From: Candidatus Enterousia sp.
Lineage (GTDB): Bacteria > Pseudomonadota > Alphaproteobacteria > Rs-D84
DNA length: 48,287 nucleotides
Direction of reading: 5' to 3'
Assembly (NCBI GenBank): GCA_045576255.1
Contig: JAZNGD010000050.1
Location: forward strand, 1-48,287
The translations under genes were made by a program, and so were the position numbers. Under the pieces are notes generated by a model. That model did no database searches. It worked only from the letters and a program-made list of their open reading frames with translations, and had not been told where the DNA came from. Below, in pieces: positions 16,281 through 25,472 of the stretch; within the stretch, counting starts at the first letter, position 1; each line of letters begins with the position of its first letter.

Positions 16281-16490
16281 ATGTTTGGACGTTTTGGATG
16301 GGCTGAAATCTTAGTTATTGTGGTTTTAGTGGTTATTTTGTTTGGTTCGAATAAAATCCCAGGTATGATGAAGAATTTGGCGGATGGTTTAAATATTTTT
16401 AAAAAGGAAATAAAAGATACAAAAAAATCTGTGAAAACAGAATCTGTTAAAAAGCCTGTTCCAAAAAAGAAGACAGTGAAAAAGAAATAA
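16281..16490 (+). CDS. tatA: twin-arginine translocase TatA/TatE family subunit
   Basis: MFGRFGWAEILVIVVLVVILFGSNKIPGMMKNLADG is the canonical TatA N-terminus. Confidence 0.85.
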   Translation: MFGRFGWAEILVIVVLVVILFGSNKIPGMMKNLADGLNIFKKEIKDTKKSVKTESVKKPVPKKKTVKKK

Positions 16491-16516
16491 AAAAAACCGG
16501 CGTTTGCCGGTTTTTT
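16491..16516. terminator. bidirectional intrinsic terminator between tatA and dksA
   Basis: AAAAAAA-CCGGC-GTTT-GCCGG-TTTTTT. Confidence 0.75.
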
Positions 16517-16946
16517 AAAATTCGCGCTTTTCGCGTTCTTCTTGTTCTTCGATTGTAAGTGTCGCCAATGGGCGCGCCATCATTCTTTTGATGCCGATTT
16601 CGTCACCGGATAAAACACTGTATCCAAATGTTCCGTTTTCAATTCGGTCTAATGCGGCACTTATTTTTTGTAATAATTTATTGTTTCTGTCGGATATACG
16701 TAAATCCATAGTAATGTCTTGGTTGTATGTCGCGTTATCCGATTCGTCGCCAGCACCAGCACTTTCAGTTTTATCAGCCAAACGAACTGCGTTCAATACA
16801 GAATCGCGTTCGCTAAGCAGTTCTTCTTTTTGATTGTTTAAGATGTTATAAAAATACGCCAAGTGTTCTGGACACATATATGGTTCAGAAACTTTTGGTT
16901 TATATTTTTCTGGCAGTTCAATGTTTTTATAATTTTTTTCGGCCAT
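16515..16946 (-). CDS. dksA: RNA polymerase-binding protein DksA, zinc-finger cysteines absent
   Basis: Coiled-coil tip DESDNA (DxxDxA). C-terminal GTFGYSVLSGDEIGIKRMMARPLATLTIEEQ aligns to the DksA C4 region with all four Cys replaced (S, S, T, E). Confidence 0.8.
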   Translation of the reverse strand: MAEKNYKNIELPEKYKPKVSEPYMCPEHLAYFYNILNNQKEELLSERDSVLNAVRLADKTESAGAGDESDNATYNQDITMDLRISDRNNKLLQKISAALDRIENGTFGYSVLSGDEIGIKRMMARPLATLTIEEQEEREKREF

Positions 16947-17269
16947 TATTGCGCCCCTTTTAATTCCTTTATCCAATCTAATACTGTGTCTTCGTCCATC
17001 AAGCCTGTGCGAGCTTCGACCAATTCACCATCTTTAAATGCCAGTACACTGGGAATACTGCGTATGCCGTATTTGGCAGGTGTGCGGCGATTCGTTTCGT
17101 CAATTTCGAATTTTACAAATGTGACATCTGTTGCTTTTTCAGAAGCGGCTTCAAAAATAGGACCAAACATTCTGCATGGACCGCACCAGGATGCCCAAAA
17201 ATCAACCAGTGTTACACCTTTGCCAATAAAGCTGTCAAATGTTGTGTCGTTTGCGTGTTGAATAGCCAT
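16946..17269 (-). CDS. trxA: thioredoxin
   Basis: VDFWASWCGPCRM active site; 107 aa from MAIQHAND. The stop overlaps the dksA start by 1 nt. Confidence 0.9.
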   Translation of the reverse strand: MAIQHANDTTFDSFIGKGVTLVDFWASWCGPCRMFGPIFEAASEKATDVTFVKFEIDETNRRTPAKYGIRSIPSVLAFKDGELVEARTGLMDEDTVLDWIKELKGAQ

Positions 17270-17344
17270 TTTTTTCTCCTTACTTTCTGTTGATATTCGG
17301 CCAAAGTGTATTATAATCGACATAAAATGCAAGAGAAATCATAA

Positions 17345-18433
17345 ATGAATAAAATCATATACTTAGATGCCGCCGCAAGTTGCTTGAAACCCGATTCTGT
17401 TATAAGTGCACAGGTCGATTTTTTGCGCCATAAATATGCAAATGCAGGACGCGGAATTTGCGCACGTGCAAGTGATGTTGATGCAATGCTGGATGACGTA
17501 CGTGGGATTGTGGCAAACTTTATAGGTGCGAAAAAAAATAATATTGTTTTTACCGCTGGTACAACGGCTGCGATGAATATGGTTGCAAAGATGTTGCGCT
17601 TGGATAAAAACAGTATTGTTGCGGTTTCTGATATTGACCATCACAGTGCGCGATTGCCGTTTGTGCAGACTGGGGCGCGTGTGGTGTTGTGTCCGTTGGA
17701 TGAAGATTATAATATTAAACCTGATTGTGTGCCATACGCAGATGTTTTGGTTATTACTGCGATGTCTAATGTGTTGGGAATGCCACAGGATGTCGCAACA
17801 ATTATAAAGCACGCAAAGCAAAAAAATCCAAATGTTATAACTGTGGTGGATGCGGCGCAATTTGTCGTACACAGCGAAATTGATGTTGAAAAATTTGGAT
17901 GTGATTTCTTGTGCTTTTCCGGGCATAAAATTGGTGCAGATACTGGTGTTGGAATTTTGTATATAAAAAATCCAGATAATTATCAGCCTGTATTTTTTGG
18001 CGGTGGAATGGTTAACAAAATTGTTGGTGATGATATTATATATAATTCAGCGCCAGATTTATTCGAAGCAGGAACTTTGCCTTTGACGCAAATTGTTGGG
18101 TTGAAAGATGCTGTTTCAGAAATTAAAAAAAATAGACCAGATTTGAATTTAATAAAGTTTATGTATGATGAATTGATAAAAATAAAAAAAGTAAAGATTT
18201 TATCTTTTCGTAATTCTGCATTGTTGACCTTTGTTGTTGATGGTATGCACGTATTAGATTTTGGCGCCTTGATTGGTGCTCGCGGCGTATGTTTGCGTGT
18301 TGGAAATATGTGTGCAAGTTGGATTCATCAACGTATGGGAATAAACGGCAGTATAAGAATATCTGTTGGTTCTTATAATACAATGGCGGAAATTAAAACA
18401 GTAATCGGATATATAAAAGAAATTATAAAATGA
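17345..18433 (+). CDS. sufS: cysteine desulfurase (class V aminotransferase, SufS-like)
   Basis: PLP-lysine motif FSGHKIGADTGVGILY and a C-terminal catalytic Cys region RVGNMCASW. Followed by DUF59 and SufE genes. Confidence 0.75.
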   Translation: MNKIIYLDAAASCLKPDSVISAQVDFLRHKYANAGRGICARASDVDAMLDDVRGIVANFIGAKKNNIVFTAGTTAAMNMVAKMLRLDKNSIVAVSDIDHHSARLPFVQTGARVVLCPLDEDYNIKPDCVPYADVLVITAMSNVLGMPQDVATIIKHAKQKNPNVITVVDAAQFVVHSEIDVEKFGCDFLCFSGHKIGADTGVGILYIKNPDNYQPVFFGGGMVNKIVGDDIIYNSAPDLFEAGTLPLTQIVGLKDAVSEIKKNRPDLNLIKFMYDELIKIKKVKILSFRNSALLTFVVDGMHVLDFGALIGARGVCLRVGNMCASWIHQRMGINGSIRISVGSYNTMAEIKTVIGYIKEIIK

Positions 18434-18744
18434 GTTTTACAAAACAAGATATTATTGACGCGTTAAAGAAAATATACGACCCGGAAATACCTGTGAATAT
18501 TTGGGATATGGGATTGATTTATGATATTGATATTGTGCCAAATTTGGTGAAAATAAAAATGACTTTTACCAGTCCTACTTGTCCGATGATGGAAGAGTTA
18601 TTAAGTCAAGTTCGCGAATCGGTTGCTGGGGTTGTTGGTGATGTGCCTGTGCAGGTTGATTTAGTATGGGACCCACCATGGGATTTGTCGCGAATGTCTG
18701 ATGCGGCACGCTTGGAATTAGATTTGACAAACCAAGGGTGGTAA
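18430..18744 (+). CDS. DUF59/SufT-like Fe-S assembly protein
   Basis: IYDPEIPVNIWDMGLIYDI...MTFTSPTCPMMEEL is the DUF59 (MIP18) signature. Confidence 0.8.
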   Translation: MSFTKQDIIDALKKIYDPEIPVNIWDMGLIYDIDIVPNLVKIKMTFTSPTCPMMEELLSQVRESVAGVVGDVPVQVDLVWDPPWDLSRMSDAARLELDLTNQGW

Positions 18745-18746
18745 AT

Positions 18747-19109
18747 ATGAAATACGAAGATATAAAAAATATGTTGACCACAATCGATGACGATGTATTA
18801 AAGTTAGAATTAGTTATGGATTTAGGAAGAACACTTGAATGTGTGCCTGAAAATGCGGCGTGTACAGAAATTGTCGGATGTTCTTCGTTTGTTGAAATTT
18901 GTCGTATAGGAAATCGTTTTTATGGTCGCGCAGATTCTGCAATCGTTCGGGGAATTGTTGCAATATTTATCGCGATGTTGAATGAAAAAACACCAGAAGA
19001 AATAAGAAAAACAGATATTTTGGGACAGTTTAATTCGCTGAATTTAAATTTGGGGGCAGGTCGTTTAAATGGTGTGAATTCTATGATTAGTTTTTTTAAT
19101 AATTTATGA
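18747..19109 (+). CDS. sufE: SufE-like sulfur acceptor protein
   Basis: GCSSFVEI (active Cys), ADSAIVRGIVAIF, LNLGAGRLNGVNSM match the SufE/CsdE pattern. Confidence 0.75.
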   Translation: MKYEDIKNMLTTIDDDVLKLELVMDLGRTLECVPENAACTEIVGCSSFVEICRIGNRFYGRADSAIVRGIVAIFIAMLNEKTPEEIRKTDILGQFNSLNLNLGAGRLNGVNSMISFFNNL

Positions 19110-19148
19110 TATGATATAACTAAGATTTTATGGTTGTGGGGGGATTTT

Positions 19149-19439
19149 ATGAATGATGATGAAAAAATGTTTCAAATAGGGGCATGGTCTTTGGGAATTG
19201 TGCTGTTGTTAAGTGTTGTTTTGCAAGTGTCTTTTCGAACCCAATACAGACAGATAAATCGTGTGCGTCGTGATATTGTTCAAACACAACAAAAAGTCGC
19301 AGTTGCCCAAGCTGCGTTTGCTTCGTATGTGCGCCCGGAAAATTTACGTAATATGGTTGATATTGTTGCACCAAAATCAGAAGTAATAAGTTTTAATAAA
19401 TTAATTTCAATTGCAGATTTAAAAGAAAAAGAATTATAA
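19149..19439 (+). CDS. ftsL: FtsL-like cell division protein
   Basis: Small bitopic protein (TM WSLGIVLLLSVVLQV) followed by a coiled region, immediately upstream of ftsI. Confidence 0.55.
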   Translation: MNDDEKMFQIGAWSLGIVLLLSVVLQVSFRTQYRQINRVRRDIVQTQQKVAVAQAAFASYVRPENLRNMVDIVAPKSEVISFNKLISIADLKEKEL

Positions 19440-19441
19440 CA

Positions 19442-21079
19442 ATGTTTGAAGTTGGTAAAGATATTTTTAAATATGGATTTACAGGCGCACGCGCAAGCGC
19501 AACAACACGTAAACGCCTGAAAACAATGTATACAGTGTTTTTTGTTGCGTTTGTTTTGTTTGCGTGCAGAACTTTGCAATTGGGAATTATGGGGCCGAAT
19601 CGGGAAAGATTGGCAGGCGCTGATAACGAATGGTTGGTGCATCGTGCTGATATAATAGACAGAAATGGTGATATTTTGGCGAAAAATGTCGCTTCTGGTC
19701 ATATTGTTCTTAGAAATAAAGCGGTGCGCGAAAAAGATCGTGATGCTGTTGCGCAAACTATACACCAAGCTTTGCCTTATGAATATTCTTTGGCAGATGC
19801 AATCGAATTGGTTAATTCGTCAAAAAATTATATCAGACTTAAAAAATATGCCAGTGATAAGCAACGTGAAATTATTCAAAAGGCTAAATTAGAAGGCTTG
19901 GAAATAGAAAAGGTGCAAAAAAGAAAATATCCAAAACGCAGATTGTTTTCGCACGTGGTTGGATTTGTTGGCGAAGATGGTCGTGGGCTTGACGGGGCCG
20001 AACGTGTATATGACAATTATTTAGTCGAAAACAAAGATCCTTTACAGTTGTCTTTGGATTCGCGTATTCAATCTGTGTTTTATGAACAGTTGTCTTTTGC
20101 TATGCAAAAATATCAAGCCAAAGCAGCTATGGGTATGTTGATGAATTCAAGAACTGGCGAAATGTTGGCAATGGTGTCTTTGCCCGATTTTGACCCAGAA
20201 AATTTACGGGCAGATTCTGTCGCAAACCGTTCTTTTAAACCGATGCGAAGCGTGTATGAATTGGGGTCTATTTTTAAAATATTTAATACAGCATTGGCAT
20301 TGGAAAATGGTATCAGTGAAGATAAAGAATATTATGTGGCAAAACCTTTCCCGATATATGATAAGTTCGGCAGAGTTGCAAAGAAAATTACAGATATTCG
20401 CAGTTTTAAACCACCGCGCCCAAGTCTTAATTTGGAAGAAATTATGATTCATTCGTGTAATGTTGGCAGTGCGCAGATTGCATTGGAATTACCAGATGGC
20501 GCACAAAAAGAATTTTTTGAAAGATTGCATATGGATAAAGCGCTGGACCTTGAATTTGGCCGTACAGAAAATTCTTTGCCGCAAAGAAAATGGGGGCCGG
20601 TTGAACGCGCGACAGTTGCGTTTGGCCAAGGGTATGCTGTGACACCAATGCATTTATTGTTGGGTGTTAATGCGGTTGCAAATGGTGGTGTTTACATATA
20701 TCCAACATTACAAAAACGTGCGGTTGGTGTTGTTCGTGGCGAACGTGTGTTGGCAGATGAAATTTCTGCAAAATTACGACCGATTATGCTGCGTGTTGCA
20801 GAAGAAACAAGTGGAAAAAAGGCCAGAGTCGCCGGTATTAAAATAGGCGGAAAAACATCAACTGCTGAAAAATATACAAATAAAAAAATTGACAACAAGC
20901 GTAATGTGACTGCGTTTGTCGGTGTGTTCCCTGCAAATGCGCCACAGTATACTATTTTGGTTGTCTTGGATGAACCCCAGGGAACAAAAGAATCTTGGGG
21001 GTGGCGTACCGCTGCGTGGAATGCTGTGCCAACAACAGGAAAAATATTAGATAGTATACTGCCATTGCTATTTGAATAA
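19442..21079 (+). CDS. ftsI: peptidoglycan D,D-transpeptidase FtsI (class B PBP)
   Basis: N-terminal TM, a PBP dimerisation region, and the transpeptidase motifs GSIFK (SxxK), HSCN (SxN), GKTST (KTG-like). Confidence 0.85.
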   Translation: MFEVGKDIFKYGFTGARASATTRKRLKTMYTVFFVAFVLFACRTLQLGIMGPNRERLAGADNEWLVHRADIIDRNGDILAKNVASGHIVLRNKAVREKDRDAVAQTIHQALPYEYSLADAIELVNSSKNYIRLKKYASDKQREIIQKAKLEGLEIEKVQKRKYPKRRLFSHVVGFVGEDGRGLDGAERVYDNYLVENKDPLQLSLDSRIQSVFYEQLSFAMQKYQAKAAMGMLMNSRTGEMLAMVSLPDFDPENLRADSVANRSFKPMRSVYELGSIFKIFNTALALENGISEDKEYYVAKPFPIYDKFGRVAKKITDIRSFKPPRPSLNLEEIMIHSCNVGSAQIALELPDGAQKEFFERLHMDKALDLEFGRTENSLPQRKWGPVERATVAFGQGYAVTPMHLLLGVNAVANGGVYIYPTLQKRAVGVVRGERVLADEISAKLRPIMLRVAEETSGKKARVAGIKIGGKTSTAEKYTNKKIDNKRNVTAFVGVFPANAPQYTILVVLDEPQGTKESWGWRTAAWNAVPTTGKILDSILPLLFE

Positions 21080-21122
21080 TTTTCGATTATAATATATCCG
21101 ATAATAAAAAAAGAGTAGAAGA

Positions 21123-22874
21123 GTGAAAAAAATAGTGGAAAAGTCCATGCTTGGAAAAGCGTGGATGGCGGCATATGATAAGTTTAGTGATTCGGATGAT
21201 TTATTAAAAAATATATTGTTTGGACGCGGAATAAAAACAGATGAAGAAATCAAATTGTTTTTAAACCCAAGTATCAAAGAATATATGCCCGATCCGTACG
21301 TCCTGACAGATATGGAAAAAGGCGCAAAAATAATCGCAAATGCCGTCGAAAATAATCAAAAAATTGCAATATATGGCGACTATGATGTTGATGGGATTAC
21401 TTCAACGGCAGTATTTGTGAAATATTTGCGTGGATTGGGGATAGATGTTGTTTGGCATTTGCCAACACGTGAAGGCGAAGGGTATGGGCTGAATAATGAA
21501 GCAATACAAGATATTGCGCAAAGTGGGGCAAGTCTGTTAGTGACCGTAGATTGCGGAATAAGCGGAAACAAGGAAGTTGATTTTGCAAAGCAATTGGGAT
21601 TACAGGTGGTTATAACTGACCATCATTCGCCCGATTCGGTTTTGCCTTGTGCTGATGCGGTTATTGACCCAAAACGCACAGATGATACATCGGGACTGTC
21701 TTATTTAGCTGGGGTTGGTGTCGCGTTTTTAACATTGGTTGCAATTAACCGCGAATTGAAAACACGAAATTTGAATGCGGAATTGACGGACAAGTTAAAT
21801 TCGCAAAATTTGATGAATTATACCGATTTTGTCGCGTTGGGAACAATATGCGATACTATGCCATTGGTCGGATTAAATCGTGCTTTTGTTGCAACAGGGT
21901 TAAAGGTTTTGGGGTTGCGACAAAATTTGGGCTTGCGTGTATTGATGGATTTAGCAGGTATAAAAAAACCGTCGGTTTATGCGGCTGGTTTTGCGTTGGG
22001 ACCCAGACTTAATGCAGCAGGCAGATTGGATTCTGCGTCACCGTCATTGGATTTGTTGTTAACGGATAATCCGCTGATTGCACACGATTTGGCAAATAAA
22101 TTACATCAAATGAATCAAGAACGAATCGATATTCAAAATGCAATTATGCTTAGTGCGACAGAAATGGCTGAAAAATGCTGTAAATCCGGTAAGTGCAGTT
22201 TGTTCGTTTGTGGTGATGATTGGCATGGTGGGGTTATGGGAATTATCGCGGGGCGATTAAAAGATAAATTTAATTTGCCGTCGTGTGTCGCAACAAAATC
22301 AGATGGGCAAATTAATGGTTCTGGGCGTTCTGTTAATGGTGTTGATTTGGGAAAAATTATTCATGATGCGTTGGCAGCTGGAATTATCAGCGAAGGTGGC
22401 GGACACGCTGCGGCCGCAGGATTTTCTTTGAATGAAGAAAACGAAGGGGCGTTTTGTGAATTTTTAGAACAGGCGGTCATAAAGCAATTAAACGGACAAA
22501 TGCCTGCACCAGAAATTTATGTCGATGCACAAATAGACGCAGGTGGCGCAAATATGAGATTGGTAAAAAAAATGTCCGCTTTGGAACCATTCGGTCAAGG
22601 AAATCAAGAGCCTGTCTTGGTGTTGACCGGGGCCGTTTTGCGATATGCGTCGGTTATGGGAAATGGTTGTCATTTGCGCGGCAGTGTTTCAACCAGCAGT
22701 GGCACACAATTGTCTTTTGTAGGATTTAATTTGGTTGGTACTGCGATTGGTGATTTTTTACTAGACGAAGCAAATACAAATACTAAAATAATGATGTTGG
22801 GTAAATTGAAAGAAAACGAATATAATGGACGTACATCTGTTCAATTTATGCTGGAAGATATGGCGCTACAATAA
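21123..22874 (+). CDS. recJ: single-stranded-DNA-specific exonuclease RecJ
   Basis: DHH motifs IYGDYDVDGITS, VTVDCG, ITDHH and the DHHA1 motif GGGHAAAAG. GTG 21123 or ATG 21147 are possible starts. Confidence 0.88.
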   Translation: MKKIVEKSMLGKAWMAAYDKFSDSDDLLKNILFGRGIKTDEEIKLFLNPSIKEYMPDPYVLTDMEKGAKIIANAVENNQKIAIYGDYDVDGITSTAVFVKYLRGLGIDVVWHLPTREGEGYGLNNEAIQDIAQSGASLLVTVDCGISGNKEVDFAKQLGLQVVITDHHSPDSVLPCADAVIDPKRTDDTSGLSYLAGVGVAFLTLVAINRELKTRNLNAELTDKLNSQNLMNYTDFVALGTICDTMPLVGLNRAFVATGLKVLGLRQNLGLRVLMDLAGIKKPSVYAAGFALGPRLNAAGRLDSASPSLDLLLTDNPLIAHDLANKLHQMNQERIDIQNAIMLSATEMAEKCCKSGKCSLFVCGDDWHGGVMGIIAGRLKDKFNLPSCVATKSDGQINGSGRSVNGVDLGKIIHDALAAGIISEGGGHAAAAGFSLNEENEGAFCEFLEQAVIKQLNGQMPAPEIYVDAQIDAGGANMRLVKKMSALEPFGQGNQEPVLVLTGAVLRYASVMGNGCHLRGSVSTSSGTQLSFVGFNLVGTAIGDFLLDEANTNTKIMMLGKLKENEYNGRTSVQFMLEDMALQ

Positions 22875-22878
22875 AAAT

Positions 22879-23835
22879 ATGAAAGAAAAAATAAAAGAAT
22901 TTTTAGAACGTGTTAAAAACGCAAAATCTATTGTCATTATGGGTCATAAAAATCCAGATGGTGATTCTTTATGCAGCGTTTTGGCTTTGGCGCGATTAAT
23001 AGAAAGAAATTTTGGAATTGTGCCTGTGTGTGTGTATGATGGAAATATTCCAGACAGTCTTGATAATATTCCATTGCGTACCAGGGTAAAATATTTTGAA
23101 CGTGTTGATACGACTGTGCCGTTTGATTTGGCTGTTGTTATGGATTATGGAAATCCTGTTCATATTGGTGGGCCACGTTCTATTCTTGATGCGGCAAAGT
23201 TTGTTGTCGAAATAGATCATCATAAAAATGATAATTTTGTCGGTGGGCTTTGTCTGAATAATGACAAGGCTGCTGCGACAGCTGTGATTGTATACGATAT
23301 TATGCGTACAGGTAATTTGCAGATGGATTCGTGTACGGCAGATTTGTTGGCGTTGGGGATTTTGACCGATACCGGAAATTTTAAATTTGTACGCAGTGGC
23401 GAAGCGTTTTGTATAATGGCTGAATTGGTTGATGGCGGTGTTAATATTCGGAATTTGATAGAACTGATGAATAATAAACAACGCAAGGCTGTTCAGCTTG
23501 AAGCGCGAACTGCTGCAAATGCCGAATTCTTTTATCGTGGTCGATTGGCGTTGGCGACGGTTTGTAAAAAAGATTATAAATATTTGGATGGGCGCGGTGA
23601 AACGATTTTGGGACTGTTGGGACAAATCCAAGGCGTAGAATATATTGTTTTGCTGAAAGAACAAAAACCTAAACAAATTGGAATTTCAATACGCAGTCGC
23701 AGTAAGCCTATTGATAAAATTGCTGTTGAAATGGGTGGGGGTGGCCACGAAAGGGCGGCAGGTGCGGTTGTTCAGGATTCTTTGGAAAATGTGCGCGCGC
23801 GTATTTTGGATTTGTTCAAAAAGGAGATTGATTAA
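22879..23835 (+). CDS. nrnA: DHH family phosphoesterase (NrnA-like oligoribonuclease/pAp phosphatase)
   Basis: GHKNPDGDSLCS, EIDHHKN, GILTDTGNF, GGGGHERAAG. Start chosen at MKEKIKEF. Confidence 0.8.
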   Translation: MKEKIKEFLERVKNAKSIVIMGHKNPDGDSLCSVLALARLIERNFGIVPVCVYDGNIPDSLDNIPLRTRVKYFERVDTTVPFDLAVVMDYGNPVHIGGPRSILDAAKFVVEIDHHKNDNFVGGLCLNNDKAAATAVIVYDIMRTGNLQMDSCTADLLALGILTDTGNFKFVRSGEAFCIMAELVDGGVNIRNLIELMNNKQRKAVQLEARTAANAEFFYRGRLALATVCKKDYKYLDGRGETILGLLGQIQGVEYIVLLKEQKPKQIGISIRSRSKPIDKIAVEMGGGGHERAAGAVVQDSLENVRARILDLFKKEID

Positions 23836-24449
23836 TGAAAAAGTTGTTTTTGTTTTGCTGGGTGACTTTTTTTTCTGTTTGTGCATTTGCAGATGTTGAT
23901 TCTGGTGTGGTTAAAAGCGCAGAAAAATACTTGAATTCAATCACAGGTTTGACCGGTGGTTTTGTACAGACAGCGAACGGAAAACAAGAAAAAGGTACTT
24001 TTTCTATGTTGCGACCAGGTCGGGTCAGATTGGATTATAAAAATATGCCAATTCAATTGATTTCTGACGGCCAGGATTTATATTTTTTTGATAAATCTTT
24101 GGACCAAATTACAACGGTGCCATTGACCAGTACGCCTGCGGGTATTTTGATAAGAAAAAATATAGACCTGCAAAACGCAGATATAAATGTTGTAGAAACA
24201 ATTGATAATAAAAATACTTTTTCATTGAATCTGAATTTGCGTGGTCAAGAAGGCTTGGGAAATATGACGGTTGTGTTCAATAAAAAACCAATAATGTTAA
24301 AGTCTTGGACTGTGGTTGATGCAACTGGTGTTTCAACAGATGTTGTCTTTGAAGGATTAAAAGAAAAAACAAAGTTTGAAAAAGATTTCTTTCAAATCAA
24401 CAGACATAAAACTGTCAGTACCAGTGGCGGTGATGATTTTTACGATTAA
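23835..24449 (+). CDS. lolA: outer-membrane lipoprotein carrier protein LolA-like
   Basis: Signal peptide, F.Q....G....G.....PG..R..Y (GGFVQTANGKQEKGTFSMLRPGRVRLDY), ISDGQDLYFFDKSLDQ. Confidence 0.75.
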   Translation: MKKLFLFCWVTFFSVCAFADVDSGVVKSAEKYLNSITGLTGGFVQTANGKQEKGTFSMLRPGRVRLDYKNMPIQLISDGQDLYFFDKSLDQITTVPLTSTPAGILIRKNIDLQNADINVVETIDNKNTFSLNLNLRGQEGLGNMTVVFNKKPIMLKSWTVVDATGVSTDVVFEGLKEKTKFEKDFFQINRHKTVSTSGGDDFYD

Positions 24450-24451
24450 AA

Positions 24452-24748
24452 ATGTTCGGAATTAGTTGGGCAGAATTTTTTGTTATAATTGTTATTGCTG
24501 TGTTGGTTATCCCTTCACGTATGTGGCCTGATGTTGCCAGATTTTTGGCAAAAATTGTAAAAGCCATTCGAAAATTTGTTTGGAAAATTACAGACGTATC
24601 AGAAAATATAAAACAACAAATAGAATTAGAAAAACCTATTGATGATTTAATTAAAACCGCAACAGATGATGTGTTGAATAATTTTTCAACTGTGTTGCCA
24701 TCTAAAAAAAAATCGATTAAAACAAAAAAGAAAAAAGGCACAAAATGA
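24452..24748 (+). CDS. tatB: Sec-independent translocase TatB-like subunit
   Basis: TatA/B-type N-terminus MFGISWAEFFVIIVIAVLVI plus an amphipathic helix, directly upstream of tatC. Confidence 0.65.
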   Translation: MFGISWAEFFVIIVIAVLVIPSRMWPDVARFLAKIVKAIRKFVWKITDVSENIKQQIELEKPIDDLIKTATDDVLNNFSTVLPSKKKSIKTKKKKGTK

Positions 24749-25452
24749 AAAAAATGACGTTGTTGCAGCATTTTTCTGAATTGCGTCGCCGTATGTTGTG
24801 GTGTGTTTTGATTTTTTTTGTTTCTTTTGTGTTGGGGTGGTATGTTGCGCCCGTTGTTCAGGCTTTTTTAACGATACCATTAATTAATATTTGGCCGGAT
24901 GGCACATTTTTATACACAGGTTTGGCAGACGGGTTGATGATTCGTTTGTCTTTGGCATCAATGGTTGCTTTGTTGGTTGTTTTGCCTGCTGTGTTGTGGC
25001 ATTTGTGGGCTTTTGTCGCGCCGGGTTTAAAAAAATCAGAACGTAATTTTATATGGCCTGTGCTTGTGGCATCGCCAGTATTATTTGTATCAGGGGCGGC
25101 GTTTGCATTTTATTTCTTGTTTCCAATCGTATTCAAATTTTTTATAGATTTAAGCCAGTCTTCAAGTATCCCAAGTGTTTTATTGCCAGCTGCGCGTGAT
25201 TATTTGCGATTCGCAATTGGATTGTTAAAAATATTTGGTGTCGCATTTCAGTTGCCTTTGGTAATGATTTTGTTGAATAAAATTGGCGTGCTGAAAAGAA
25301 ATACTGTTATAAAGTTCAGACGGTATGCAATTGTTTTTATTGTGATTTTTGCGGCTGTGTTGACTCCGCCTGATATTGTGTCGCAAATTTTATTAGCTGT
25401 TCCAATGTGGCTGTTGTTCGAAACAAGTATTTTGTTTATGCGTCGCGACTAA
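24745..25452 (+). CDS. tatC: twin-arginine translocase subunit TatC
   Basis: LQHFSELRRRML N-terminus, six TM segments, FVAPGL and TPPD motifs. Confidence 0.88.
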   Translation: MKKMTLLQHFSELRRRMLWCVLIFFVSFVLGWYVAPVVQAFLTIPLINIWPDGTFLYTGLADGLMIRLSLASMVALLVVLPAVLWHLWAFVAPGLKKSERNFIWPVLVASPVLFVSGAAFAFYFLFPIVFKFFIDLSQSSSIPSVLLPAARDYLRFAIGLLKIFGVAFQLPLVMILLNKIGVLKRNTVIKFRRYAIVFIVIFAAVLTPPDIVSQILLAVPMWLLFETSILFMRRD

Positions 25453-25472
25453 ATTTATGATATAATCAGTTT

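Noticed and set aside
17363-17926. Long antisense ORFs inside well-supported genes (for example 17363-17926 in sufS, 22996-23676 in nrnA, 33295-34011 opposite miaB/gatB, 4088-4540 in lnt, 8308-8865 in trmB, 10732-11151 in gltX/hlyIII)
   Set aside because: They are shadow frames of genes with clear conserved motifs. Their translations are low-complexity or Cys/His/Arg-rich with no motifs and no SD.
21123-23835. Two adjacent DHH-family genes (recJ and nrnA-like) as a possible duplication or novel module
   Set aside because: Their sequences are clearly different subfamilies with standard motifs. The adjacency alone is not informative.
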